This document shows, one piece after another, positions 24,501 to 36,890 of a DNA stretch of 64,000 bases. The stretch covers positions 1,361,587 through 1,425,586 of the forward strand of contig NMRA01000003.1 of the NCBI GenBank assembly GCA_002633005.1, in the 5' to 3' direction. A model generated the notes under the pieces. It did not search any database, had not been told where the DNA came from, and was given only the letters and a program-made list of their open reading frames with translations. Positions within the stretch are counted from its first letter, which is position 1, and every line of letters begins with the position of its first letter. The DNA is from Phoronis australis. Its lineage: Eukaryota > Animalia > Phoronida. Made by a program: the position numbers and the translations under genes.

Positions 24501-27500
24501 GATGAATGGGAAATTACTGATTAAAGTAGTCATTAATAGTGAAATACTAGACATTTAGGCTGAGTCTTTTAAATCAAAGCATACGTAATGCACAAATCTG
24601 GATTTAGTGCAAATCCTGAAACTTTAAATTGTGTCAGTCAAGTTTTCCTTTGATTGAATGCCACCAGACAACAGGTGCTGACTATGTTGGTCATATGGCA
24701 TGCTCGAAGCAGGTATTACTTATGGCCATGCTGCTAAAAGTCACAACAAAAGCCATGCCCGAGTGTTGTCCAATCAGATGCTGACAGGTAACGTCAGCCC
24801 TGGAATTATGCACCTTCTGCTGTCATGGGGATGGTCTGGGGAGGGGATTAATGCACCAGCATATCCCCAGTGATCCTGTCTATGACAGGTATTACAATTT
24901 ACAGCTTATTATGGCATATTCGCCTTGCAGGCCATCAAGCAAACTGTCTGTGGGGGCCAGGGCATTAGCAAAACACTGTCACCGGGACAAGACAAACAGC
25001 TGGTGGGGCAAATCAACAGGATGTAAGTTTACTTAATAGATGTGGTTGTGATGATATCAGTTAATGGACATTATCCTTCATACACCCGGTTAAAAAATTA
25101 GATGCGTCTAATTGGCATTCTTGCTTTCAAAAATTTAGTTCATCATCCTATTTTTTCAGATATTTATTATCATTGATAAACAAATACAAAAAAGCAAACA
25201 AGTTCATTCATTTATTCCTGCATGAAAACCCCAGGAGAGACCATTCTCGTTTGTCGTATAAATTTTCTCCTTTCCCAGAGAAGCTGCCACACTCAATTTT
25301 TTTGTATACAATAAAATTTTAAGCATTATAATACTCTTAAGTATATGTAACAAACTTGTAAATATTAGGTCATGTGGAGAATTTCTCGCTTACACTGGTC
25401 ACCACTCTGATTCCCTATGCCCCAGACAACTTTTATGATGTCTATTCAGCAGGCCCTTTGTATTGATTTAGATCTGAGCTAATTAATTTGAAAGGTAATA
25501 GCTAGCACTACTTTCTTAACAATGGTGGTCCTTATAACAACCAACTTGTTTTTCTTTGGCATTTCCACAGAGTTAAAACCTGCAGTGTCGAGAGCAGTTT
25601 TAACTTCAAGTTGGTACATTTTAAATATTGCAAAAAGACTAAAAAGTTAATTTGCTTTGATTTTGACAAAGGGTCACTTCTCAAAGAAACGTTGGTTTTA
25701 AATGTTTCATACCTGTTTTCATTACTTTATTTTAATACTCCTGTCTACTTGTTTTTTTCTAACCGGTTAGGGTTGCTTTCTTTTGTGTTTAAACGAGGTA
25801 TCAAAACAACTTAATTGGGTCTTGCTCGCACTGGACAATGCTGTCATCGCAACTGAGTCCGACTCTGGCACCGCGATCTGTTTGATCGCGGTAAAGCCGC
25901 TCAGAAGGACGAGCGGTGAAAAGTCACACATATCTTAGAAATGCGTGACTTTCATGTAATTGTATTTTTCACGACATGTATATTTTGTGACTTCGCTCCT
26001 TGTACATTGTATTTATCCTGTGTAATATAGTTCATCATTCTGTTCCTTGGGTGTATGCCTTGTCGTGGCGGAACAGCTTGCATATCTCCCTGACCTCTAG
26101 AGCTTTACCGGCGGGAGTTTAAAAACTCCTGGCAGGGCCACCCATGCCGGGCAGGTCGAAAGGCAGAGATCAGACGAAATACATCATCAAATTCCCTAGG
26201 GTCACATGTGGGTGGGGCATAAGGCTCATCTCGTACCCTGTAAAAAGCTCTGTTCTTTGGCAACAAGTCACCTACAAGAAGAGCAACTTTGGAGATTAAA
26301 TCTGGGCAAAACCATGAGCTGCCACGAAGCCGGAGGATGTTGGCTTAGGACAGTGGGTGGACCTTCTGTTCCTGTATAACCCAGCTTACAGAAGAGAACC
26401 AGACATGCACGTATTCTACCCATCACGGGAATGCAGGAGAAGTTCATATGACTTTTCCATGTTTACACTGTTTCAGTAATTTTGCCACAATATATTTAGT
26501 GGTTAAATTTTCCTTCAAATACATACTTTATGCATGGGAAGTCAGTCGTTTTTAATTTGTTAATCAACATTTTTTGTATTGTCTCTGTGAAGTTCATGGC
26601 ATTCTGTTGACTCTGGTGAATTTTAAGTCAGAAATTAAAAAAGTGTGATTTAATTTTTCAAAATTTTGAAGTTAACAACATTATGTCAAACAGAAATTCT
26701 ACTTGTAAAATCCTCTCTCTTATTTTTGTTTCGGTGATTTTGAATCTGCAGCTGAAGAGCAAAAAAACTGCCATGCATTAGAGGTGGTCACAAGAATCCT
26801 GGATGGCGCAGCCTGGATTAACATTCATCAGTTACCTGTAAGTCTTTAATTCATGAAAGTCTAGTGTTGGTAGTCTAGTCACAAATAACTGCACCATAGA
26901 GGTGAGGATGCCAGCGATTTCATTTCCTACAGTAAGATTGGTAATTATTAATAACATGCCTGCATTTTGAGAACCAGTTTTGTCCACTGAATAACGGGCA
27001 TGAAACTGGTTCTCAAAATGTGGGCACGCTATATCTGACTATTGCCGCAAAATCTCACCAATTGCAGAGAATTTTTTGCCAAAATTGACCTTTCTTATTT
27101 TTTCAACAACTTCTAAGTATCCCAATTTCTTCAAAATATTATCTCTTGGAAGTAATGGTACCGAAGTTGAACATGGAAAAGCAATGATTTGATGCAACAT
27201 ATCTTCTATGAAAAAGTGAGAAACTAAAATATTTACTTGTCCATTGTATTGAGTCCTAAATTAGTGAGGTTTTACCATACTATATTTGTTCAAATAACAT
27301 TTTACTAATCGCACGATTTTGTGTGTTTCAGCCACAGCTACCTATCTTGGAAGTAAGGCACGAAAATGGTATGTGACAAAATAGTTACTTTGAATATATA
27401 TCTATTAATAATTTGTAAGACAACCCAGCAAGACTGTTGTTGCTGATGTTTTCTTTTTTGAAATGTTTAATTTCAGTCTGAAAATTTCTAAATTTTATCT

Positions 27501-27635
27501 GAGTTGCCTACATATATGTCTTGATGTCTTTTGTTTTCAGGTTATGGAGCCCGTTGGTTACATGATGGCTCATCATTTCGAGGTTTCCTTGAACCACAAA
27601 TGGTAGATGGTCATTCTTGTGGTTGGAAGCATTAA
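18540..27635 (+). CDS. Uncharacterised 270-aa protein with a C-terminal GARALAKH...GYGARW..DG..FRGFLEP domain (plant ASCH-protein C-terminus-like; possibly toxin-type RNase-like)
   Basis: Nine phase-consistent GT-AG exons: 18540-18599, 19323-19483, 20475-20540, 21663-21762, 22321-22436, 24931-25022, 26752-26837, 27332-27368, 27541-27635 (813 nt). C-terminus: TLGKRGLLDLIGVRKTLGSIDYWPPSRRKLLATFSQKHKPSSKLSVGARALAKHCHRDKTNSWWGKSTGSEEQKNCHALEVVTRILDGAAWINIHQLPPQLPILEVRHENGYGARWLHDGSSFRGFLEPQMVDGHSCGWKH*. The start codon is the least certain part. Confidence 0.85.
18567..18924 (+). repeat. Three-copy 120 bp tandem repeat spanning the exon 1 splice donor
   Basis: Lines 18601/18721/18841 and 18661/18781 are near-identical; each unit contains tgatgtca.tgtcat.caa|gtgagt. 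Confidence 0.92.
23642..24022. mobile_element. Old MITE with short imperfect TIRs (aaggataattg / ccaattcctt), TTAA-type end
   Basis: Imperfect terminal inverted match only. Confidence 0.35.
26032..26420 (+). mobile_element. RTE-clade LINE 5' leader fragment, or RTE-derived SINE
   Basis: gccttgtcgtggcggaacagcttgcat...gagctttaccggcgggag...cctggcagggccacccatgccgggcaggtc...cagacgaa...gggtggggcataaggct...ccctgtaaaaa resembles the conserved RTE/BovB/Expander 5' region as I recall it. No ORF is present. Confidence 0.6.
26950..27032. repeat. Short palindrome (hairpin-type MITE remnant)
   Basis: tgcctgcattttgagaaccagttt ... aaactggttctcaaaatgtgggca. Confidence 0.75.
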
Positions 27636-28337
27636 ATTTCGTTTCCTCAGACAAAACACATTTGTGTTACATTAACTAGTGGCAGGTCCACGTGGCTAAA
27701 TGACAAACAAGCAATTGTCTTACATTTTTTTACAAATCTAATAGTATTCTGATCAGGAATTGGAAAAAACCCATTACTAGACTGTTGTTGTTTCGGGCAA
27801 GGAGAACAATGTTGTTGCCAAAGGACTTTGACAACTGAACAGAAAGAAATCAGCCAAGTCCATTCTTCAATTAAAAACCGATTGTACTGAAAATCAAGTT
27901 GGCAGAGTCTGGGAGAAGTCTGTCATAGTTTGTGTATTCGGAAACCTGTACATGTACCGTTAAAATGCAACATAGCAATTCGATCCTGACTCCTGCACAG
28001 ATAGTGTTAGCAGCTAATAATTTTTCAGTGACAATCCTGGAAATATTCGATGAGACACCTGTTTTATGGTAATATATGGTTCTCAGCACACTGGAAAAAT
28101 GCAGTATTGCAACAAATGCTAAAATTTTATGTGATGTAAAATTTCTCGGTACTTCCTTTCTGTAAATTACATAGAAAAAAATTATTGTGTTACAGCAAGA
28201 AGTTGGATTTTTGACACAAGTCTTCACAAAGTTTTATTCACAAGGAAAAAATTGTCAAAATGTAAAGAACAATAAGCACGAATTATTAACACACGCCATA
28301 TGTTGGTCAGGTGGCCTATAATTATGAATGAAAAGAT

Positions 28338-28415
28338 TACTGTCTCGACTGGGACTCGAACCCTAGACTTAAAGCTAACCTTCTGTTAGCAGAAAGTCTC
28401 TGGCTCCAATCCCAA
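28338..28415 (-). mobile_element. tRNA-derived SINE head remnant
   Basis: Minus-strand B-box GGGTTCGAGTCCC at about 28351-28363; no full cloverleaf. Confidence 0.4.
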
Positions 28416-30736
28416 TTAATTTTTTCGAACTTATCCATAGGGCACGTGACCTGACCATCATACCTTCGTATAGGACATGCAGAAGAATAAACACACAATT
28501 TCATTAAAGTCCAATGTTCAATCATCAAGTGAATTTATGTGAGATCCTATTCACATGTCCAAATTTGGCGAAAATCGAAACATCACATCTCAAAGATGGC
28601 ACATTGGATTCAAATGAAACTTTCAGGTATTGCACTTATGCGTTTTTGCCGGTTTTTCAGTGTCATGTCTAGTACTTTGACATGATAGAGGAGCTGGGAA
28701 ATATTGGGATCTTCAGTAATTTCATGAAAAATTCAAACGTTGCATAAAACAAAAGTGAGTGGTTTAAAAACAGCATCAGCGTTTTTGAGATTTTGAATTT
28801 TTTATCCAAATAAATTGGTCACGTTATGGACACTATTGTTTTGTTATGAATGGTGACCATATTTATACCTTCCAATTATGGAAACTACAACCTGTGTCTG
28901 TACCAAAGAATAAGATGCAAGTGGTTATTTATGTAAACATGTATACTTGGTGTTGTAAAGTTTTCATGTTAACAGAGACATGGGTTGTGTGTATTTAGTG
29001 ATTTTACTTGTATTGACGTGAAATGTATTTACCGACACCCATTTATGTATAGATTTTCGTATTGACAGTGACATGTCAAAGTATCTGGGCAGTTTCTGCC
29101 TCCTCAGTGAATTTTGGCCACTTTTATATTGGCTCATGGAGTTAAAACCTCTACAAAAGGTTCAATTTCCAACTACACAAATCAACAAAAGGTTTTAAAT
29201 ATTATCTTCGTAAACATTTTGCTGTTGCCGGCATCTCTTCTTGCTCAATGTCCAGAAATCCCTACAAACGGAAGTTATGGTTTTATGGAACTGACAATTA
29301 TAAAAGGTAATGTTAATTCTGGAAAAAAAAACTACAAAAGGGTGACTCTACATGGAAACACCCTACAAATAGGTCCCTTTTCCGGTGTCCATTCTCTAAA
29401 TGTCTGGGTATGCTAATCTTCCAGCTGCAGTTCTCGTCAAAAAAACTCGTTGCTGTACTCTCATGTTAAGACTACGATGCCGATGCTCAAATTAGAAGTG
29501 TAAATCCACATGTGAAGACGTTCGGTGTTTCATTTTGTCACACCACAATATAGTTCATAGCGGCCTTAACAAATTACGTTGTAATCGGACTGGCATATTC
29601 CTTGAATGAGTGCGCACAGCAAGGAAACGGCGGTGCGGCCTACGAGTAATATTCGTTCACGGTGATTTGTCAGCCAGTCAAACCCGTTGAACAACGCCAC
29701 GACATGTTAATGCGATGTTAATTTTTGAATGCCGAGATAGACAAAAAATGTCACGCGCTGAACATGTTTTCTAAATTGAAACAATTTTATTGAACACAAA
29801 CGCCTCGCTGAAACCATTACAGCTGATGTGCACCCACGGTCTGTGAATGAAGTGCCAATTGAATTAGACCGCTTTCCGCTGATCTGAGATGCGGTCTGTG
29901 ACAGCATCGGCCATGAAAAGTCACCCTTAGGGTTTTGTTCCAGAAAAACTACCTTTTTGTAGTGGTGAGTTAATGCCATCAACACAATCCTTGCGCTGGA
30001 AGTAAGTTTGATTGTTGCATGACGTCAGGTGCATTGTTCAACATCGTGGCGCGTGATAATGCGACGTCATTGTTGCTACACGGCGTATAACTTTTATGCA
30101 ACTGGGCCCTGAATTAAAACCCATTGAGCCAGAAACAGTACAAGAAGACTGCCATCCTATTTGTTGTCAAAAATGAGTAGGCTTACATATAGTTTGCAAC
30201 ATCTTAAACCAATGATAGGTAAATAGTATTGGAAACCCTTGAGTAGTTATGTGTAGTTGGAAAACATGAACCTTTTGTAAAGTTTCGAGGTTGTGTAATG
30301 TATACTCATTCTCATATTGTGGAAGTGTGGTGGCCCTGTGACCTATTTCTAGCAGTTGTTTCCAGGAAACCAGATTGGATAACCATAGATAGATGTATTA
30401 TACCAGTAGCTGCGGGCCTGGCTGGTTACATTCAAATGATGCCCAACTTTTGATAATAAAAGTTCATGGAAATTACTTTAAACATTGATTATTTATTTGT
30501 TTACATATTATTAATGTTCACAGAAACAATATTGAAATACCTTATAGATTGCAAAAACAGTGCACAGAAAACGTAAATACAGCAGGAGACAAAGGAGTGT
30601 TTTAACTGCATTTTGGGATTTTTTTCTGGATAACGCTGTTTAACAGAATGTTCGAAACCCGTTTACGTTGTTACAATTAACTGAACAAGGTCATGACGTA
30701 AAAGTGTCGAGTTCCGTTCGCTGTACGTGTGCGACT

Positions 30737-33700
30737 TCACACGACACACGTTGCATTGGCAGCGAAGTTGCAGACGCAAGTGTGGACATCGAACACCTTG
30801 TTGAGTGGACATGTTTGTGTCCCGCTCGGGCTCTGGCCGATAAGTGACTGGCTAAACACAGTGCATTGAGTATTGGGAACCACTTTGTACACATTACCGT
30901 TACTTGAGCACTGACTACAATATGCGTTTATCTCACTCGACAGTTGTAGCGAGTCTTGATAGTACTGTCGTGCACTGTCGCATTGACCAGAAGGCAACTT
31001 CTTAGCTTGCGCCTGAAAACATTTTGCAGCAGTCATGGTGTACCTAAAATGGAAAGACCAATTCTAGTCGGTGTCACCGAGAGTCTTGGTTTGCGTTTTG
31101 TTAGGCCTATATGTAGTAAAAAATATTCTTTCTCACATGACCTGGAATGTGTTACGACACGACTAGTTAACACCGAGTACGTATTTTTGATATTACATGG
31201 GCGAATCACAAAGTAGCGCAAAGTAGAAATCCATACGCCTTACATTTTATGTCTTCACTACACTAAAACAACTCAAACGCACGCCAACCAAGCAATGCCG
31301 GAATTCCGAGAAGGTGACAAGGCTATTATTGACAAATCGGGTGTCGCAACTGTATATACTCTTAGTCGGAAGAACATGCAAACAACTTCTTAAACGGACC
31401 CATCTTCGGCGGCGAATTCCATATCCACGTTCATTCAAACGGACACGAGCCAACTCGAGAAACGCAGCGACGAAGACTGTCTAGCTGTGCTGTCTCAAGG
31501 TCGCGCGGGGAAGCCGTGCTGACTGTTTGTTTATAAACATTTTTTAACTTTTAGTATTACAACTTCAAAGACTATTTAATAGATTCTAACTTGAATATTT
31601 GCTACGAAAGCTGAATGCAATTTAGCATTTTGAAATCAAATAGATGTTGCAATCAGGATGCCGTGCATTTACAGAAGAATAAAATATAAAATAGTAAAAC
31701 TAGTAAAACTAAAATGACGAGTGTCGGTACTAAAATATATTAAAATATCCCCACGTATCGAGCGAGGCACTCTTCCATATCCTCACGTATCGAGGGTCGC
31801 GCTCTTTCTCTATACGTGGGGATATTTTAATATATTTTAGTACCGACGCTCGTCATCTTAGTCTAACTAGTTTTACAATTTACCATTGTTAAGCTTAAAA
31901 TAAAGCTTTTAACAAAAAGTAACTGAAGGCCCCCCCCCCTAAATTATCCCAGATTACATTTGGCAGTTCGGGGGCCGGTGCGAATGTCTGACAGGCAAAA
32001 TCCTGGCTAATACTCTGCCCTGGCCTCCCTCTCCCTAACTCCAAATCCTGGATCCGCCCCTGGTTTTGTCGGTTCATGTGAGAAAACAAATCCTACACTC
32101 GTCTCAGATTGATGACATGGGCAAAACCTCTTGGAAATTTCGTCAAAATCCCTATAGGCAAGCCTCGGGATTTTGATGAAATTTCCAAGAGGTTTTGTCC
32201 ATGTCATAAACCTGAGAGTCGTGCAGGATTCTCTATTAGCCAGTCAAATCGGGATTACTAGGCGTGAGACGTACCTGCAAATCTTGGTTCGGTTCGCCTC
32301 CACGATACCTGACATTAATGATGCCACATTTGACCCCAAAACACATGACGTGCTCGATGTGGGAATACAACCATTGTTTAATCCTGCAACTGAAGATACA
32401 AGAACGCCGATTCAGATTTTTGTAAGGGTTACATGACAGTAACAGTATGTGCGCAAGATTAAAATCAATATGCAAGCACCAACTCTGTATGATATTGTAT
32501 TAGGTCGTGGGGACGTCGGAGTAGAAAAGTATATTTGAATTGTGAAGCTGAATGAACAGGTAAAACTGATCAAAAGTTGGCACAATTGATCAAGAACCTC
32601 CGATCTATTATATCTACTTCAGCATAACTGATCAAGACAGAATAAATGCCTTGGACGTTTTAATCCATCTTTTTGAAATAAAAACCATTTTTCAAACCCT
32701 AAACTATAAAAACGAACTTCACCCAACAGGTGAAATGGACATAATCGGTCAAACTGGACATTACTTAGAAAGTAACGACTTCCATTTAGATCGCTCACCA
32801 TAATAGTAACAACTATTCTCGATGATGAGTCTCTGAAATACCCATAGTGCCCAAGCCCTGTTCTTCGAAGTACATCCCGCTTGCTTCAGGGCTGCAGCTG
32901 CGCAGGTGTCCAGCTCCTTCCGGTGTCTAAAACAACGAGTGACACGTACTGGGAGTAAGCGAACAGTTTTTATGTGCCAATAATCTCGCACTATAAAGTA
33001 GTGCACTGCGAGATGGAGTATACAGTGAGACAACACTAAACTCGCGGCAAAAACGGATACATCACCACTTTCATCACTTGATAACAGTCGAGTAACCATG
33101 CAGTTCTCTACACCTGTCGTACGCATTAATCAAAGTACTTTCTGTCTGGTTCATTCAACAGTAAGCACTTGTTTATCCGACAGAATCTGTAAACAGTGGC
33201 TTATTTAGGGGGAAGTGGGCCATGGCCCCCTAAAATTCTCCCAGATTCCATTTGGCAGTTCGAGAATGCGAATATCTGACGCGCAAAATCCTGGCTAATA
33301 CTCTGCCATGGCTCCCGTAGCTTAAAATCCTGAATACGCCCCTGGTAAAGTCGTTTTGTCTGCAAGGATTTTGTCCAGTGAGGTCTGGGAAGTAATAACA
33401 TAGAATAAGTCTGCTGAAATTAGCAGCAAAAACGCTACACTTCTCTCCAACATAGGCGTAGGAAGCACTGAGGAGGGGGGAGGGAGCAGGAGATGGAGGC
33501 TAGCGCACCTCAACCAAAAGGTTGGAGGCCTAGATATCTTTCCGACCCTGAATACTCCAGGTGTTTTAACCTATTAAAATAAGTGTCAGTTAATTATTAA
33601 AAGCTTAAACACGCAGACTTTATTTGAAAATAAAATTGAAAAATAATACTCTCCCCCTCTCCAACCATCAAACTAATGTTTCCTACGCCAATGTCCAAAA

Positions 33701-36305
33701 ACTGCCCTCTCATGACATCTGAGCAGTGGTGTCTTATGCTGCTCTCGTAACATTGGAAAAGAGTTTACAATGAGATTCGCAAGTGAACCTAGTCATCCCG
33801 TAGTATGATCTCGCCTAAATTTCTATACCTTTGCACGTGCAAAACCAGCATGAAGCCTTCCCTATGATGAACTCCAGCTGGGCAGAGGCAGATTAGCATT
33901 AAGCCGTAAAGGAAAGTGACACAAAAATTAGTATGTTCCTTCTGATATGGCCGCAAAAAATTAAAAGGTCTATAAAACCGTCACTGCTGTTTGTTTAGTT
34001 TCAAGGTCAGCTGAGTTTTAATTATAATGTCAGGAAAAATACGCTTAACAAATGTACTGTCTGATAGATCTAAACCAAGACTGTTTTATTAAACTGTTTA
34101 ACAAATACCTGCAAATGTTTGCGTACGACGGGAGTGAAGTGGGCGTTATCGGTCCATAGCTGGCCATGCAGTAGGAAGCGGTATCGGCCAAACGACAACC
34201 TGAAATGACGAGAAAAATGATCACAGTCCGCGAGGCCGTCGGTATTCACCTTTGACAATTGCAGTCTTAATTACAACAATGAAAATTTCCGTCGAGGACC
34301 ACCTAGGAAAGTGACTTGAAACTTCTGAGAAAATACAAATTGACGGTTTAAATTTTGCACTTCAAAAGACCGTTACCACTGTGGTCGCGATGTTCAACGA
34401 AGCAAGACAGTGGTGTGTGGTATTCAACACGAAATAGATCCATTCGTGATCTAAAATAATACGAGCTGAAACAGGCGACATAGAATGTCGTTTTTAGATT
34501 GCACGGTAAGAAATTGTTCAGTGCACGATGATTTGCCTCTTTATCAACTGAAGAAGTAAATCTGCTAAATTGTACGTACTTCCTTCGTATTCACACATTG
34601 CTTTGTACAACGCCAAGTTAGAATCAGATAAAATACACGCCGAGTCTGCCGCTTTTGTGCAGTCTATGTAATCTTTCAGTGAACTGGAAGAAAAGAAATT
34701 AAACCGTAGCGGGAACAGGAGGTACATTTCGGTTCAAACTGGCATCGTAGATGAGAAGCGTAACTGCGAAATGGTAGACCAATGGCAAATAAAACCTTTG
34801 TGTAACTGAAGGAAAAACTAGAGCCCTTTCCACAACGAAATTTTATCATTGAATACTTTCCCTCTGCAAACAAATTACAAATCGAATGATATTCAATTGA
34901 TACAGGTATTCAAATTACATCTTTTGTTTACAGGCTATGATTCGCAGTTGAAGGTCTTTGTTTGCAGTTTGCTCAATGAAAGAAAATCACAGAAATCATT
35001 AAACGATTACACAATTTTCACATGGGAATTGTTATCACGGGGCGTGTGCCACATATTGGGCAGGGTATGGTGCCAGCGAATATTCCATTTACATCAGCAC
35101 ACTGCCATAGCCAACTGGGATATTGGCAATTGAGACGATACCGAGCGGTGAAAAACTTCCTCTAACTAGACGGACCAATTACGTTCCCCCAGGTCATTAC
35201 CACGTTTGAATACGGCAGCTGAACGAGTTCCGAAGCTAAAAAGACACACCGGAGACGATACCTAGGACAAAATATCCAGCTGAATTGACGGCGGTCTCTA
35301 CCAACACTCTCTAACATAAGAGATTCTAGGTACACGTATAGTACTCGTCATTATACAGATACCTACCGACAAACTCGACTACTGTAACTGCTCGCCGTTG
35401 AATGAGGTGAAAACATCAATGTGGACGCGTTCATCATTATTTTTTGGCAATGCTCAATTTTTTCATAGCTGCACACGTTTTCTACAACATAGAGTGAAAT
35501 GGAATGCAGAACTGTAACAGCGTTAAGACGCAAAAATGACCCCAACATTAAGGCTTTATTTATTTATTTATTTATTCATTTATTATTGTTACATTTACAA
35601 TGAGGTTGGTCCCATCAGTTCTCACTGATTTCTATGGGGGTCCTCAGGCTGAACTCGAAATTTCAAGTTTTTACTCGAGTCTCACGTTTTATTCAAGTTT
35701 GTAGCTCGAATCTAAGGTCATCAAGTGCGTGAACTTAAGACTACAGTAGATACTCATCAGCAGCATAAACCGCATCAAATAACCTAGCTAATAAAACAGA
35801 CAATTACATGTATTATGTATTCGTACAAAAGTAGAGTTCCATTTTGGTCTTGTTTTCACCTGGCGGACCAAGAGATCTACTCATTATGTCGAGATGAGTA
35901 ACTGGGAAATGGAGCGTGAAAAGAACAGCGTACATGTCCTGAGAAATAATTTCAGTGTTTCTGGTAACCACTCGAGGCAACTCGCACAAGGGCGTTTTTC
36001 TCAAATTCGTTATCCACACAAATACATGTATTTTTCATTTGTTCAACAGACACATGCAGAGATATTTAAAGAAGCTCTCTTGTTGGATATCTGGAACGCA
36101 GAGCAATTTTGACGGAATAGATTTCAGACAAAACTATGTGTAACTTACGCGGCCTTGCTGTTTCAAGACGTGGAGTTACCTCGGCAACAGATGGAGTCGA
36201 TGTTATAGTAGAATAGCTTGTCGGAAAGGTGGCGGATTTTACCAGCCGCCCGTCACCCCATAACAACAGTGCGGTAAGCAGTGGGATGGTTTGCGCAAAG
36301 TTCAT
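30737..36305 (-). CDS. Secreted Cys-rich protein (signal peptide, S/T linker, three 6-Cys modules, C-terminal CBM14/peritrophin-A-like domain), paralogue A, 338 aa
   Basis: Exons 36305-36149, 35481-35367, 34683-34580, 34199-34109, 32926-32799, 32389-32275, 31043-30737; intron phases 1,2,1,2,1,2; no internal stops. N-terminus MNFAQTIPLLTALLLWGDGRLVKSA; C-terminus C..NGNVYKVVPNTQCTVFSQSLIGQSPSGTQTCPLNKVFDVHTCVCNFAANATCVV*. Confidence 0.85.
31131..32238. mobile_element. Composite non-autonomous insertion in intron 6 of paralogue A, with nested palindromes; possibly Crypton-related
   Basis: Absent from paralogue B (intron 6 is 123 bp there and 1231 bp here). Inverted ttctcacatga/tcatgtgagaa at 31130/32074; long palindromes at 31694-31876 and 32088-32232 (centre aggcaagcct); hAT-like MITE piece at 31925-32062. 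Confidence 0.7.
33197..33345 (-). mobile_element. ~150 bp hAT-like MITE (CAGGG.CG.AT.CAGG family), specific to paralogue A
   Basis: Absent from the matching site in copy B (about 51165). Same family as 31925-32062 and 36501-36654. Confidence 0.75.
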
Positions 36306-36500
36306 GTTGACTCCTAGAAAGCAAACCATGCAATTACAAAATGGTTCCAATACATATTGTGAAGTCAAGCACGAAAATATTGTTTCAATCAATAAAATGT
36401 AGATACTTATACAATATTTAGCAAGAGATGGTGCTGTTTGCTACCTCCTTAGCCAACCACAAGCCCAGAAATTGAGAAGTTTCACAATGTCAGGCCCACT

Positions 36501-36654
36501 CAGGGTCGGATCCAGGATTTTTAGTTAGGGGAGGCAGGGCAGTGTATTAGCCACGATTTTTCCAGTCAGACATTTGCACCTCCGAACTGCCAAATGGAAT
36601 CTGGGAGCGTTTCTGGGGGGCATACCCCCTTGGGCCCCTCTAAATCCGCCACTG
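36501..36654 (+). mobile_element. ~150 bp hAT-like MITE just upstream of the paralogue A start codon
   Basis: cagggtcggatcc...aaatccgccactg TIRs with an imperfect cca.t flank duplication. Absent from copy B (about 59750). Confidence 0.75.
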
Positions 36655-36729
36655 CCATTAACATACTATATGTCTATATGATGACAACTGAAGCTTTAAC
36701 TTAGTGTGTTATTTGCAGTTATATTTATG

Positions 36730-36890
36730 TATGTAAATATATATATATATACACTTGCGTGTGTGAGCATGTGCGTTTGTGTGCGTGCGCCTGCTTGTGT
36801 AAGTGTGTGTGTGTGTGTGTGTGTGGGCGCGCGCCCGAGCGCTGGCGCGTGTGTGTCTGTAGGCTTATGCGTGTGTATATATATACATTT
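36730..36890. repeat. (TA)n/(TG)n microsatellite
   Basis: Seen directly; the paralogous tract is at 59825-59947. Confidence 0.9.

Noticed and set aside
33780-33880. Extra exon LEFIIGKASCWFCTCK in intron 4 of the secreted gene (also 51660-51725)
   Set aside because: Exons 4 and 5 already join in frame; in the required phase this segment hits a stop in copy A, and its donor is not conserved in copy B.
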